DNA of 64,000 nucleotides from an uncultured Arcobacteraceae bacterium (lineage in GTDB: Bacteria; Campylobacterota; Campylobacteria; Campylobacterales; Arcobacteraceae), in contig CAXHZO010000010.1 of NCBI GenBank assembly GCA_964022095.1, forward strand, positions 16,010-80,009, written 5' to 3'. The notes under the pieces are model-generated. The model worked only from the letters and a program-made list of their open reading frames with translations, searched no databases and had not been told where the DNA came from. Positions 49,617-59,317 of the stretch are shown in pieces; position 1 is the stretch's first letter, and every line of letters starts with the position of its first letter. The translations under genes were made by a program, and so were the position numbers.

Positions 49617-50147
49617 ATGAATAACAATGAACTAATGAGTAAATTATTTGGTTTTAGTGCACCAACTTATTTTAGATGGAAAAAAGAAAATAGACCAATT
49701 ATAAAATTAATTGAAAAGTTTTCAGAAGAAGAATTGGTTGAATATTTAAGCTCAGGCGAAATTACTAGGCTTGATGACATAAAAAATAATAAAAATAAAG
49801 TATTTGATGACGATGATATTTTTATTGATTATGCAAAAATCCACTTAAGAGAAAAAATACAGTCTTATACGGATGGATCTTTTTTTGATTGGGCAAATAA
49901 AATGATTCCTAAAAAATATTTACAAAAAATATTAAAAGATCTTTCTCAAGATAAAGAACGATTTTCTGTTCATAACTCAAAAAACAGTTTATTAGATAGA
50001 ATCAAAGGGTTAGAAGTAAGTTTAATTAACAAAAAGAATCAAGAACAGATTAGTAATTTCATTGAAAAAAAATTATCTAAAATTGAATGTTACATTTTAA
50101 TTCAAGAACATGAAGATATTATGAATTATAAAGGCTTCTGGAAATAG
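49617..50147 (+). CDS. Putative repressor (N-terminal HTH-like)
   Basis: LMSKLFGFSAPTYFRWKKE; divergent from the AlpA-rep-trb operon. Confidence 0.55.
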   Translation: MNNNELMSKLFGFSAPTYFRWKKENRPIIKLIEKFSEEELVEYLSSGEITRLDDIKNNKNKVFDDDDIFIDYAKIHLREKIQSYTDGSFFDWANKMIPKKYLQKILKDLSQDKERFSVHNSKNSLLDRIKGLEVSLINKKNQEQISNFIEKKLSKIECYILIQEHEDIMNYKGFWK

Positions 50148-50483
50148 CTATAAAGAATACTTTTGTACTCCTTTTAATTTAGAATAATCGAGATACTATT
50201 AAATAGTATCTCTTATATAAATTCTCTTTGGCAGATAACTATTATAAATTATTTAACCTTAAATATATTCTCAATCTACGATAGTTTTATGTCTCAATTC
50301 ACGATATCTTTAATTCTAAAGTTTAATTGGCAAAGAAATCAATACTTTACTATTTTAATTTACAGGATTTGCCTATTTTAGTCAAAATATCTTAATGTTT
50401 CAAAGTACGATACTTTTAATTTAGGGGAGATACAAATTTAATATTAGGTGTGAAATAAGTGTGAATGACTTTTTTGAGGACAT

Positions 50484-50532
50484 AAAAAAAGCCCGACCTA
50501 AACACTGCAAACAGTGATTAAATCGGGCTTTT
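50484..50532 (-). terminator. Intrinsic terminator downstream of the element-borne tRNA 3' half
   Basis: AAAAGCCCGA...TCGGGCTTTT stem with a U-tract on the minus strand. Confidence 0.7.
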
Positions 50533-50535
50533 AGG

Positions 50536-50583
50536 TGGTACGCCTGGAGGGATTCGAACCCCCAACCGCCGGGGCCGAAACCC
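50536..50583 (-). pseudogene. 3' half of tRNA-Arg(TCG) (attP-derived fragment) containing the right att core 50567-50581
   Basis: GGG-TTTCGGC-CCCGGCGGTTGGGGGTTCGAATCCCTCCAGGCGTACCA; no D-arm or 5' acceptor strand upstream. Confidence 0.85.
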
Positions 50584-50606
50584 TAAGATGATTTTAAGTT
50601 AAGATA

Positions 50607-51971
50607 TTACTTCTCAAAAACTCTAAAATACTTACCTTTGATTTTATTATTAGAAAGTCCGTCTAGAGCTTTTTTGATATATTGTTTTTCAACTGCTACA
50701 TAAGAGCAGAAGTTCATCGATGTGATTTTCCCAATACTATCTTTAGGTAGTCCTATTCCAGCAGTCAATGCCCCTAGAATATCTCCAGCTCTTAGTTTTT
50801 GTTTTTTCCCACCATTTATAAATAGTGTTCTATAATCACTATCGATTTTGAACTCAGGATTGTCTTTGATATTTTCTATTTCATCAAAAATAATATCATC
50901 AAAAAACTCTTTGATATCATCTACTTTTTCTTCATCATTTTCATTGTATAGAGATATAGCAACTCCACCTTTTCCTGCTCTTGCCGTACGACCGATTCTG
51001 TGAGTATGTACTTTTTCATCTCTTGCTAAGTCATAATTGATTACTAAATCAATATCATCTATATGAAGTCCTCTTGAAGCCACATCAGTTGCTATTAAAA
51101 TAGGATATGATTTATTTGAAAATAGTGTGATGATTTGGTCTCTATCTTTTTGGTCTAAATCAGAGTGTAGTGTAAGTACATCAAGTCCAAGTGCATCTAA
51201 TTCATCAGCTACTTCTTCACACTTGATTTTCATATTACAAAATATCAGTGTAGTTTTCGCTTCATTTGATGAAATAATTGCAGGTATAAGTGAGCTTTTT
51301 GTACTGTCATTACATCCATAAAACTTTTGAGTGATTTTTACTTTTTGTTCATCTTCAACTTCTACCAAAGTAGGGTTATTTAAAACACCTTTTGAAAGCT
51401 TTTCTATTCCTTCTTCATATGTTGCAGAAAATAGCATCGATTGTCTTTGTTTTGGTAAGGCATCTATGATTTTACTAATATCTTCAAAAAAACCCATATC
51501 AAGCATCTTATCAGCTTCATCTAGTACAAGTGTATTTAGTGATTCGAAGTTTATATTCTCTTCACTAATATGCTTTAAAACTCTCCCTGGAGTTCCCACT
51601 ATGATATGAGCTCCATGATATAGTGATGATACTTGAGGGTTATATGGAACACCACCAGTTAGAGTTAATACTTTTACGTTATGAATATGTCTTGATAACT
51701 TTCTAATCTCTAGTGCAATTTGGTTTGCTAGCTCTCTTGTAGGAGCAAGTACTAGTGATTGAATTTTAAACTTTTTTACATCAAGTTTATGAACCAAGGG
51801 AATACCAAAAGATACAGTTTTACCTGAACCAGTTTTTGCTTTTGCGATGATGTCTTTATTTTGTAAAGATAGAGGCAAAGATAGCTCTTGTATCTTTGTC
51901 ATCTTCTCGAAGTTTAGTGATTGAAGATTTGATAGGAAACTATCTTCTAAGTTTAATGTCTTGAAAGTCAA
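50607..51971 (-). CDS. dbpA: ATP-dependent RNA helicase DbpA
   Basis: AKTGSGKT, PTRELA, DEAD, SAT, HRIGRTAR, C-terminal KLRAGDILGAL. Confidence 0.95.
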   Translation of the reverse strand: MTFKTLNLEDSFLSNLQSLNFEKMTKIQELSLPLSLQNKDIIAKAKTGSGKTVSFGIPLVHKLDVKKFKIQSLVLAPTRELANQIALEIRKLSRHIHNVKVLTLTGGVPYNPQVSSLYHGAHIIVGTPGRVLKHISEENINFESLNTLVLDEADKMLDMGFFEDISKIIDALPKQRQSMLFSATYEEGIEKLSKGVLNNPTLVEVEDEQKVKITQKFYGCNDSTKSSLIPAIISSNEAKTTLIFCNMKIKCEEVADELDALGLDVLTLHSDLDQKDRDQIITLFSNKSYPILIATDVASRGLHIDDIDLVINYDLARDEKVHTHRIGRTARAGKGGVAISLYNENDEEKVDDIKEFFDDIIFDEIENIKDNPEFKIDSDYRTLFINGGKKQKLRAGDILGALTAGIGLPKDSIGKITSMNFCSYVAVEKQYIKKALDGLSNNKIKGKYFRVFEK

Positions 51972-51987
51972 ATATTGCCTTTTGTTT

Positions 51988-53022
51988 TTAATGAATTATT
52001 ATAGGAGTAGCACCTCTAGGAATAACTTCTCCGATTATAGAAGCATAACCATATGTTAAGTCTTCTATTTCTTTTATATACTCTTTTGCATCTTCTTTAT
52101 CCATAGCAACAAGTAGTCCACCTGAAGTTTGAGCATCACAGTACATAGTATAACAATCACTTGTTGGGCACATTATAGTTGTTTTATCCTTTAGGTGTTT
52201 CATATTCTTTTTTGTTCCACCTGGAATTACACCTTCATTAGCTAAATTCTCAGCATCTGCCATCACTGGAACAGTACCACAATGTATAGCAAATGATGTT
52301 AAATCATTAGTACACTCTAAAGCATGACCAAGTAATCCAAACCCCGTAATATCAGTACAAGAACTAACATCATACTTTCTAAGAAGTTTTGATGGTATAT
52401 AATTTAGTGCTTCCATAACTTTTACTGCTTCTTCTTTTGTAGATTCGTTTAATAAATCTCTTTTTATTGCAGTAGTTAAAATACCCATTCCAATGGGTTT
52501 TGTAAGAACTAGAACATGTCCTATTTTAGCTGTGTTGTTTCTATAGATTTCATTAGGGTGTACAAGGCCACTAACAGATAGTCCATAAAACATCTCAGGA
52601 GCTTCAATAGTGTGACCACCCATAAGTAGTCCTCCACACTCTTGAATCTTTTCATTTCCACCTCTAAGCATTTCTCTTAGAACTTCTGTACCGTGATTTG
52701 CTCTATCAAATCCCACAATATTTAGTGCAGTCTTTACTGTACCACCCATGGCAAATATATCTGAAAGTGAATTTGCAGCAGCAATTTTCCCATATACATA
52801 AGGGTCATCTACAACTGGCGTAATAAAGTCTAAAGTTTGAACAAGTGCTTTTTGTTCATCTAGTTTATAAACTGATGAATCATCACTACTATCAAACCCT
52901 ACAAGTATGTCATTGTCGCATGGTACTAAGCTGATAATACTTTGTTTAAGATCACCCGGACCTAATTTAGCAGCTCAACCAGCGGCTTTAACAAACTTGG
53001 TTAATTTATATTCGTCGTTCAT
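51988..53022 (-). CDS. selD: Selenide, water dikinase; selenoprotein with Sec16 (UGA at 52975-52977)
   Basis: MNDEYKLTKFVKAAG-U-AAKLGPGDL, DFITPVVDDP, ANSLSD, GGHT, DITGFGL, DAQTSGGLL. Confidence 0.95.
52949..52963 (-). promoter_or_regulatory. Candidate bacterial SECIS hairpin of selD
   Basis: AGGUC-CGGGU-GAUCU; G-containing apical loop begins after a 16-nt spacer from UGA. Confidence 0.6.
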
Positions 53023-53238
53023 TAAATATCCTGTAAAATAATGATAAATTATACACTTAAGCCCTTTAAATTCAGTTTAACATAGGTAAAAAATATTTTA
53101 CCTTTTAAGGGTTAATTTATAAAATCTATTATAATATTTTAAGATATAAGTTCACAGGCCATAGGTTATGGTTGATTTTAAGTAACTTAGCTACTTATTA
53201 TCTCTAAATAGAACAAAAATACTATTAGAGGTTTATTT

Positions 53239-54336
53239 ATGAATAGAAGATTATTTATTAAAGGTACTGCATTATTAAGTACTACTGCGTTAGTTAATCC
53301 AAGTTTTGTTTTTGCAAGTTCAAGCACTAAAAATCCTTTTGGAATAAAACAGGGTGTTAGAAAGTTTAGTATTATAAATAACTATAAACTACAAGCAAGT
53401 GATGAAGTTGCACAAATTTGGGTTCCAATTCCACTTGATTCAAATTATCAAACTTTAGTTGATATGTCATACAAAGGTAACTTTGAGACTGCAAAAATTG
53501 TTGAAAATGATTATAATACAAAAGTATTATATGCTTCATGGAAAAAAGGTGAGAAAAATCCAACTTTAGATATCAATTTTGAAGTAATGACAAAACAAAA
53601 CTTTGCAGATCTTTCAAAAGCAAAAAATGATACTAATTTTAGTGCTGAGGTTAAAATGTTCTTAGAACCAACAGAACATATTCCAGTTACTCCAAAAATT
53701 ACTGAATTAGCAACATCTATTACAAAAGATGCAAAAACTCAATTAGAAAAAGCAAAAGCTATTTATGATTGGACAGTTACAACTATGTATAGAGATAACA
53801 GTGTTATTGGTTGTGGTATTGGTGATGCTGGCAAATCTATTGAAGAAAAGATTTATGGTGGAAAATGTACAGATATTAGTTCTGTATTTGTTGCACTTTT
53901 AAGAAATGCAGGAGTTCCAGCAAGAGAAGTATTTGGTATTAGAGCTGGTAAATCAAAAATCTCGAAAGTTTGTGGAAAAGCAGATGATAAAGGTTTTGCA
54001 AAAATTACTGGTGGACAACACTGTAGAGCAGAGTTTTATGTAAGTGGTCTAGGTTGGGTTCCAGCTGATCCTGCTGATGTTACAAAAGTAAGATTAGGTG
54101 AAGACCTTACAAATGAATCTGAAAAAACTATACAAACAAAAAACTTTATGTTTGGAAACTGGGAAATGAACTGGGTAGCGTTTAACTATGCTAGAGATTT
54201 TGTTCTTCTTCCTAAGCCAGCTCAATATCCTTTAAATATGTTAGGGTATCCTTATGCAGAAGTTGGTGAAGATGCACAAAACTACTATGATGCAAAATCA
54301 TTTGCATATAGTTACACTTCACAAGAGAGAATATGA
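53239..54336 (+). CDS. Tat-exported transglutaminase-like protein
   Basis: NRRLFIK Tat motif; GKCTD, HCRAEF, WVPADP catalytic triad. Confidence 0.9.
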   Translation: MNRRLFIKGTALLSTTALVNPSFVFASSSTKNPFGIKQGVRKFSIINNYKLQASDEVAQIWVPIPLDSNYQTLVDMSYKGNFETAKIVENDYNTKVLYASWKKGEKNPTLDINFEVMTKQNFADLSKAKNDTNFSAEVKMFLEPTEHIPVTPKITELATSITKDAKTQLEKAKAIYDWTVTTMYRDNSVIGCGIGDAGKSIEEKIYGGKCTDISSVFVALLRNAGVPAREVFGIRAGKSKISKVCGKADDKGFAKITGGQHCRAEFYVSGLGWVPADPADVTKVRLGEDLTNESEKTIQTKNFMFGNWEMNWVAFNYARDFVLLPKPAQYPLNMLGYPYAEVGEDAQNYYDAKSFAYSYTSQERI

Positions 54337-54659
54337 GAAAAGAAAATCTCCCAATAATAGGTGCAGTTTTTACTGCACTATTATCAACACTTTGTTGTTT
54401 ACCAGCATTTTTGTTTATATTTTTTGGAGTTTCTAGTGGAGTTTTAACTGCACTTACTACTTTAGATTATCTTAGAATTCCTATGGGAATTTTAACCGTA
54501 ATTCTACTAGTATACGGAATCAAAAAATACAGCACAAAAATAAAGTGTGAATGCAAAGAAAAAAGCTTAACTAGTTCTTTCTTAACAATAGGAAGTCTAT
54601 TTTTAGCTGTTGGATTTTTACTTTTTTACCCTGAAATTATACCTATGTTTATGGATTAG
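54333..54659 (+). CDS. MerT-like metal transport membrane protein
   Basis: STLCCLP motif, three TMs, CEC loop. Confidence 0.75.
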   Translation: MRKENLPIIGAVFTALLSTLCCLPAFLFIFFGVSSGVLTALTTLDYLRIPMGILTVILLVYGIKKYSTKIKCECKEKSLTSSFLTIGSLFLAVGFLLFYPEIIPMFMD

Positions 54660-54662
54660 ATT

Positions 54663-54941
54663 ATGAAAATATTTTTTATTTTAGTTTTTATTTGTGTTAG
54701 TATGTTTGCTGATAAGATCACTACTTTTAAAGTAGATGGTATGCACTGTCCTTTATGTACAACTGCTGTTAAAAAAGCTGTTAGAGGACTTGAAGGTGTA
54801 AAAAAAGTAAGTGCAAGATTAAACACAAAAGAAGTAAAAGTAATCTATGAAGATAAAGTGAAAATTGCTGATATAAAAAAAGCTATTAAAACTACTTCAT
54901 ACGAAGGCGTAGAACTTTCTACTTCTGAATATGGAAACTAA
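54663..54941 (+). CDS. Periplasmic heavy-metal-associated (MerP/CopZ-like) protein
   Basis: Signal peptide, GMHCPLC. Confidence 0.88.
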   Translation: MKIFFILVFICVSMFADKITTFKVDGMHCPLCTTAVKKAVRGLEGVKKVSARLNTKEVKVIYEDKVKIADIKKAIKTTSYEGVELSTSEYGN

Positions 54942-54944
54942 AAG

Positions 54945-55388
54945 ATGAACCTAGAAGAAATACAAAATAAATTAATCAATGACTTTGATTTTTCAAAAGC
55001 TTTAAATATAATAAATAAAATTGGTGAAAATTTTACTGAAAATGATTTAATTGAAAATGCAAAAGGTCTAATTAAAATGACATATACATCAAGAGAGATG
55101 GATTATGTTTTCTTTGAATCAGCATATTTAAGCGCCACAAGAAACTATTTAGATGGTGTTGAAGTTTACTATAGCCTAAACTTTTCTATGGATATTCAAT
55201 CAAACTTGACACTAGAACTAGATGAGCCTTTTAATGATAAAGTGGTAACTGAAAAAGAGTTTATTCTAAAAGAAGAACTACAAAACCTACTTGAAGAAAA
55301 TATAAGTTATTTAGAAGAAAATAGCGACAGTAAATTTATCAATGAAAACATCACAAAGATAAAAGAGATGCTAAAAGTCTTGGACTGA
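54945..55388 (+). CDS. Hypothetical protein
   Basis: 147-aa acidic ORF 3 bp after the HMA gene. Confidence 0.65.
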   Translation: MNLEEIQNKLINDFDFSKALNIINKIGENFTENDLIENAKGLIKMTYTSREMDYVFFESAYLSATRNYLDGVEVYYSLNFSMDIQSNLTLELDEPFNDKVVTEKEFILKEELQNLLEENISYLEENSDSKFINENITKIKEMLKVLD

Positions 55389-56985
55389 TTTGACTTTTCT
55401 TACTAAAGTATCAAAATTATCATCATAATCAAAACAAACACCTATCTTACAAGCTAAGTATTTATTTGTATCTTCTACTTTTTTAAGTGTAAATGGTAAG
55501 TTTACAGTTGAGTTTTTTAGTAAGTTTTCTTTTGAGGATTTTATTATGACAAACTCTTTTTTATAAGCTATATAGTTTCTAAATAACCAAGATAGATTAG
55601 TAGATTTGTTTTTTAATAAATAAGACTCTTTTTCAAATATTTTTTTAGCTATTTCTTGAGTTTTTAAATCATCACTAAGTGCTGTAACTTTTAAAAGGTT
55701 TTCAGTCATTTGTGATAATGAACTTCTATAAACACTATCATAAACTTCAGCAAGGGACTCAAACTCATCATCACTCATATACCAAGTATTATCTCTATAA
55801 AATCTTTTTATAGCTTCACTTGTAAGTTTTTTTGCAAGAGATAAGTAATCTTTTCTTAGTGAGTAATTATAAGCTTTTAAAAGTGCTTGAGTTAAAAAAG
55901 CATAATCTTCTAATAAAGCTTTTACTTTTGGTTTTTCATTTAGCAATCTTTGATGATATAAAGTATTGTTTACATAAAGTTTTTCTACTAAAGTATTAAG
56001 AATAACTAAAGCTTTTTGTGAATATTTTTCATCTATTTTTCCAGCAGTAAATAAAGAAGAAACATACCATTCCAAGAAGTTAATATTTTATAATCAACAA
56101 ACGGATAAGGCTTTTTAGCTCTTAATTCTTTTAAATCCTTTTTAATTTTTTCTAAGTTTTCCATAGGAATTGATTTTGTAATATTTGGGTTTGAAAAGCC
56201 ATTTTCAAAGTTACCTTCAAAGCTTATATCAAAGTACTGTAAAACCTCTTGTATTTGTTTTTTTTTGTAGTTTTTAGTTTCTAAAAATTAGATACTTCAT
56301 CTTGTGAGAACACAAAGTAAGCACTATCTGCATCACTTGCACTATAAAGTAAATTTTGTTTTTCAAATCTATTAGTGACAAAATTAATAGTTTCATCTAC
56401 TATATTTTTATAAAATTTATCTTTTGTGATTAAATAAGCTTTAGCGTATGAATTAAGAAGTTCTGCATTTGTGTAAAGCATTTTTTCAAAGTGAGGAATA
56501 ATCCACTTTTCATCTACACTGTATCTAAAAAAAACACCTTCTATTTGGTCATAAATTCCACCATTACCCATGGCTTTTAAAATCTTTGTAGATATATCAA
56601 GGGCAGTTTTATTCCCAAAAGTAAAGTAAATATCCAAAAGAGTCTCAATAGTTGAACTATGGGGAAACTTTGGTTTAAAACCTAAACCGTGATTTTTCTT
56701 ATCAAAAAAAGATTCTACATCATTTACATATTTATTTACTATTGATAAATCTAGGTTTACTTTTTGTTTTTTATTTGTATTTTTTTCTTTTAGATTTTTT
56801 TGTATTTCTAAAGATAGTTCATATATTTTTTTGCTTTTTTTTCAAAATCACTTTGAGTTTTATTCAAAACAGTTTTAATACTATTTAGTCCAAACCTATC
56901 ATCAACAGGTAAATAAGTAGCTGAAAGAAATGCTTTTGCATCAGGTGTTAAAATATCATTCAAAGGCCAACCGCCACGTCTATTG
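55371..56985 (-). pseudogene. Degraded YyaL/DUF255 thioredoxin-domain protein
   Basis: Fragments GGWPL, KPKFP, GGIYDQ...RYSVD..W.IPHFEKMLY, DADS, LEDYA lie in different frames; the N-terminal CxxC region is absent. Confidence 0.85.
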
Positions 56986-57083
56986 TAAGGCTATTTGTAT
57001 ATGTTTCTTTTGCATTTGAAAAACTAATCATAATAAATAGTAAAACAATTTTTATGATTAGTTTATAGCAAGATGTTTTCATG

Positions 57084-57743
57084 TTATATTTTTTCTAGTG
57101 CTTGCTCATTAAATCTATAAGTTTTATGTTGAGTTTTTACTAAAATATCTTTTTGTGCTAACTCTTTGAATAGTTTTATAAGTGTAGGCTTTGAGATAGA
57201 AAACTTATCCATAATATCACTATATGAAGCTACAAATTGATTTTCGATATCTAAGTTATTGATTATATATTTAACAATATCTACTTGCTTGCTATCAGTA
57301 ATGGCTGAGATGGTTCTAATCACATAATCATGTTTTCTTATCTCTTTTTCTTGAACAATAGGAATTAAAACATCATGTAGTGTATTTAGTAACTCTTTTA
57401 TATTTATAGGTTTAACTATGTAGTTTTCTACTTTTAATTTGATTGCATCTAATAAGTAGTTTGTATCTGTATGTGCTGTTGTTAAAATTATAGGGATATT
57501 AATATCTTTACTTTTTATATGTTTTAAAAAATCAATTCCATTTTCATTTTCTAGCAAAATATCAGAGATTAGTACGTCTACTTTTTTATTTAGAAGTATA
57601 TCCATAGCTTCTTTTGTAGTTTTTACTGCATAAATATTGTTTACAAAATCTTCTAAAACATCAGTTGTATGTTTTAGTAAGTTTTCATCATCTTCTAAAT
57701 ATAAAATATTAAAATCATGTAGGATATTTAAATCTTTGTTCAT
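57084..57743 (-). CDS. Response regulator with a C-terminal winged HTH
   Basis: YLEDD, ISDI, TAH, KP; ISKPTLIKLFKEL. Confidence 0.9.
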   Translation of the reverse strand: MNKDLNILHDFNILYLEDDENLLKHTTDVLEDFVNNIYAVKTTKEAMDILLNKKVDVLISDILLENENGIDFLKHIKSKDINIPIILTTAHTDTNYLLDAIKLKVENYIVKPINIKELLNTLHDVLIPIVQEKEIRKHDYVIRTISAITDSKQVDIVKYIINNLDIENQFVASYSDIMDKFSISKPTLIKLFKELAQKDILVKTQHKTYRFNEQALEKI

Positions 57744-59317
57744 TATTGTTCTTCCTCTTTTATAGGTAGTTTTATAGTAAATAAAGTACATTTATAGTTT
57801 TTATTATCTTTAATTTTATGGGTAACATTTTTACATGTAATAAATCCATTCATATGTCTTTCAATAATCTGTTTAGACATATATAACCCAATCCCAGTTC
57901 CTGCACTTTTATATTTTGTCGTATAGTATGGCTCAAAAACTTTAGGAAGAATATCATCAGGTATTCCGCCACCATTATCTAAGATATTAATAACAGCTGA
58001 TTGTTTATACTTATTTAAAACTATTTTTATTATTCTATCATTTTTGTCAATATTACTTGCTAAAGCATCTTTTGAATTCGATATTAGATTTAAAAATACA
58101 TGAGAAAGTTCATTATAATAACTATTAATTTCTATTTTGTCTTTACTTGAAAGTTCAATTTGAATATTCTCTTGTGTTAGTACATATTTAGAAAGTTCAA
58201 TTGAGTGTTCTATACATTTTTCTAAATCAAATTTGTTTTTTGATTTATCAGGACTAAAAAAGTTTTTGAAATCATCCAAAGTATTAGACATATTTTCTGA
58301 TAAAAGTAGGGCATCATTTACTTTTTCTTCTACAAAATCATATGTAAGTTTTCCAAGATTCATTTTTGTTTGAAAACTTTGAATAATCATAGTTATAGAT
58401 CCAAGTGGTTGTCTCCATTGGTGTGCGATATTATTTAGCATTTCTCCTAAACTTGCAAGTCTTGCTTGTTGGACTAAAATAATATCTTTCTTCCTATTTT
58501 GTGCAACTTCTTTTGAGATTTTTATTTCAAGATAATTATTAAGTTCTGTAAGTTCTTTTGTTTTATCTTCAACTTTTTGCTCCAAAGAATTATGGAGTTT
58601 TTTAAAGTTATTAATAATAAATAAAGTTAAAAAGATTGAAAATAAAAATACAAAGAAAATTGTAATTACAGAAAATATGATAATAATATTAAAAATCTTA
58701 TCAGTAATCTTTTTTTCTGAAATTGCAATTGATAAATCATAATTAATTAAACTAGTAATATAAATTGATAAGGCATTTATTTGTAAATTGATTTGTGAAA
58801 AATGTTCTTCGTTTTTAGAATCAAAGCTATTTAAAGAACTTTTGATTTTTAACATTTTTTTATCAATATTATTAATAATACTTGTTCTTAATATTTTATT
58901 GTCTTTGTAATCTTGAGTGTTATATAAAATAAATTCTTTGATAAAGTTTGATAAAAAACTTTTATCTTCTTGTGAGGTGATTTTTTTATATGAATCCCAG
59001 TTATTATCAATAAGTTGTTTACCTAATTGTAATACTTCTCTTGCTTGATTGAAAGTAATATTGTTTTTTTCTAGATCTATAATGGTCTCTTGAATGTTTA
59101 CTTTGTATGTATCTTTTATTTTTTCAAGTTTAATTAATGATTTTGTTCTTTTATCAAACAAGGTATCAAAGTCTTGCTTGATTGTAAAAATAGATATTTG
59201 AAAAAGTAAAATAATACTTATCATTCCCCCTGCAATAATAAATACTAAAAAAGAGGTTTTATAAGAAAATTTTAACTTATCAAAATAATCAAGTGTTTTT
59301 TCTAGCCTTTTATTCAT
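57743..59317 (-). CDS. Membrane sensor histidine kinase
   Basis: Two TMs, IAHQWRQPL, DNGGGI, GTGIGLY. Confidence 0.92.
   Translation of the reverse strand: MNKRLEKTLDYFDKLKFSYKTSFLVFIIAGGMISIILLFQISIFTIKQDFDTLFDKRTKSLIKLEKIKDTYKVNIQETIIDLEKNNITFNQAREVLQLGKQLIDNNWDSYKKITSQEDKSFLSNFIKEFILYNTQDYKDNKILRTSIINNIDKKMLKIKSSLNSFDSKNEEHFSQINLQINALSIYITSLINYDLSIAISEKKITDKIFNIIIIFSVITIFFVFLFSIFLTLFIINNFKKLHNSLEQKVEDKTKELTELNNYLEIKISKEVAQNRKKDIILVQQARLASLGEMLNNIAHQWRQPLGSITMIIQSFQTKMNLGKLTYDFVEEKVNDALLLSENMSNTLDDFKNFFSPDKSKNKFDLEKCIEHSIELSKYVLTQENIQIELSSKDKIEINSYYNELSHVFLNLISNSKDALASNIDKNDRIIKIVLNKYKQSAVINILDNGGGIPDDILPKVFEPYYTTKYKSAGTGIGLYMSKQIIERHMNGFITCKNVTHKIKDNKNYKCTLFTIKLPIKEEEQ

Larger units (their letters stand above)
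31856..50581. mobile_element. Integrative mobilizable element (int, AlpA-like, rep, trbJKL, traJ/traI/traK, oriT) with defence cargo
   Basis: 15-bp GC-rich direct repeat CGCCGGGGCCGAAAC at both ends; paired arm-like repeats; integrase next to the left end. Confidence 0.92.

Noticed and set aside
31856-50581. Self-transmissible ICE
   Set aside because: Lacks VirB4, core-complex and coupling-protein genes
50536-50583. Intact tRNA-Arg gene
   Set aside because: Only the anticodon loop, T-arm and 3' acceptor strand are present; no D-arm or 5' strand
51988-52749. Truncated or pseudogenised selD (253 aa)
   Set aside because: The upstream frame is intact apart from one UGA at the catalytic position, consistent with selenocysteine
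54333-54941. Mercury resistance (mer) operon
   Set aside because: No merA or merR in the window; only generic CC and CxxC metal-binding motifs
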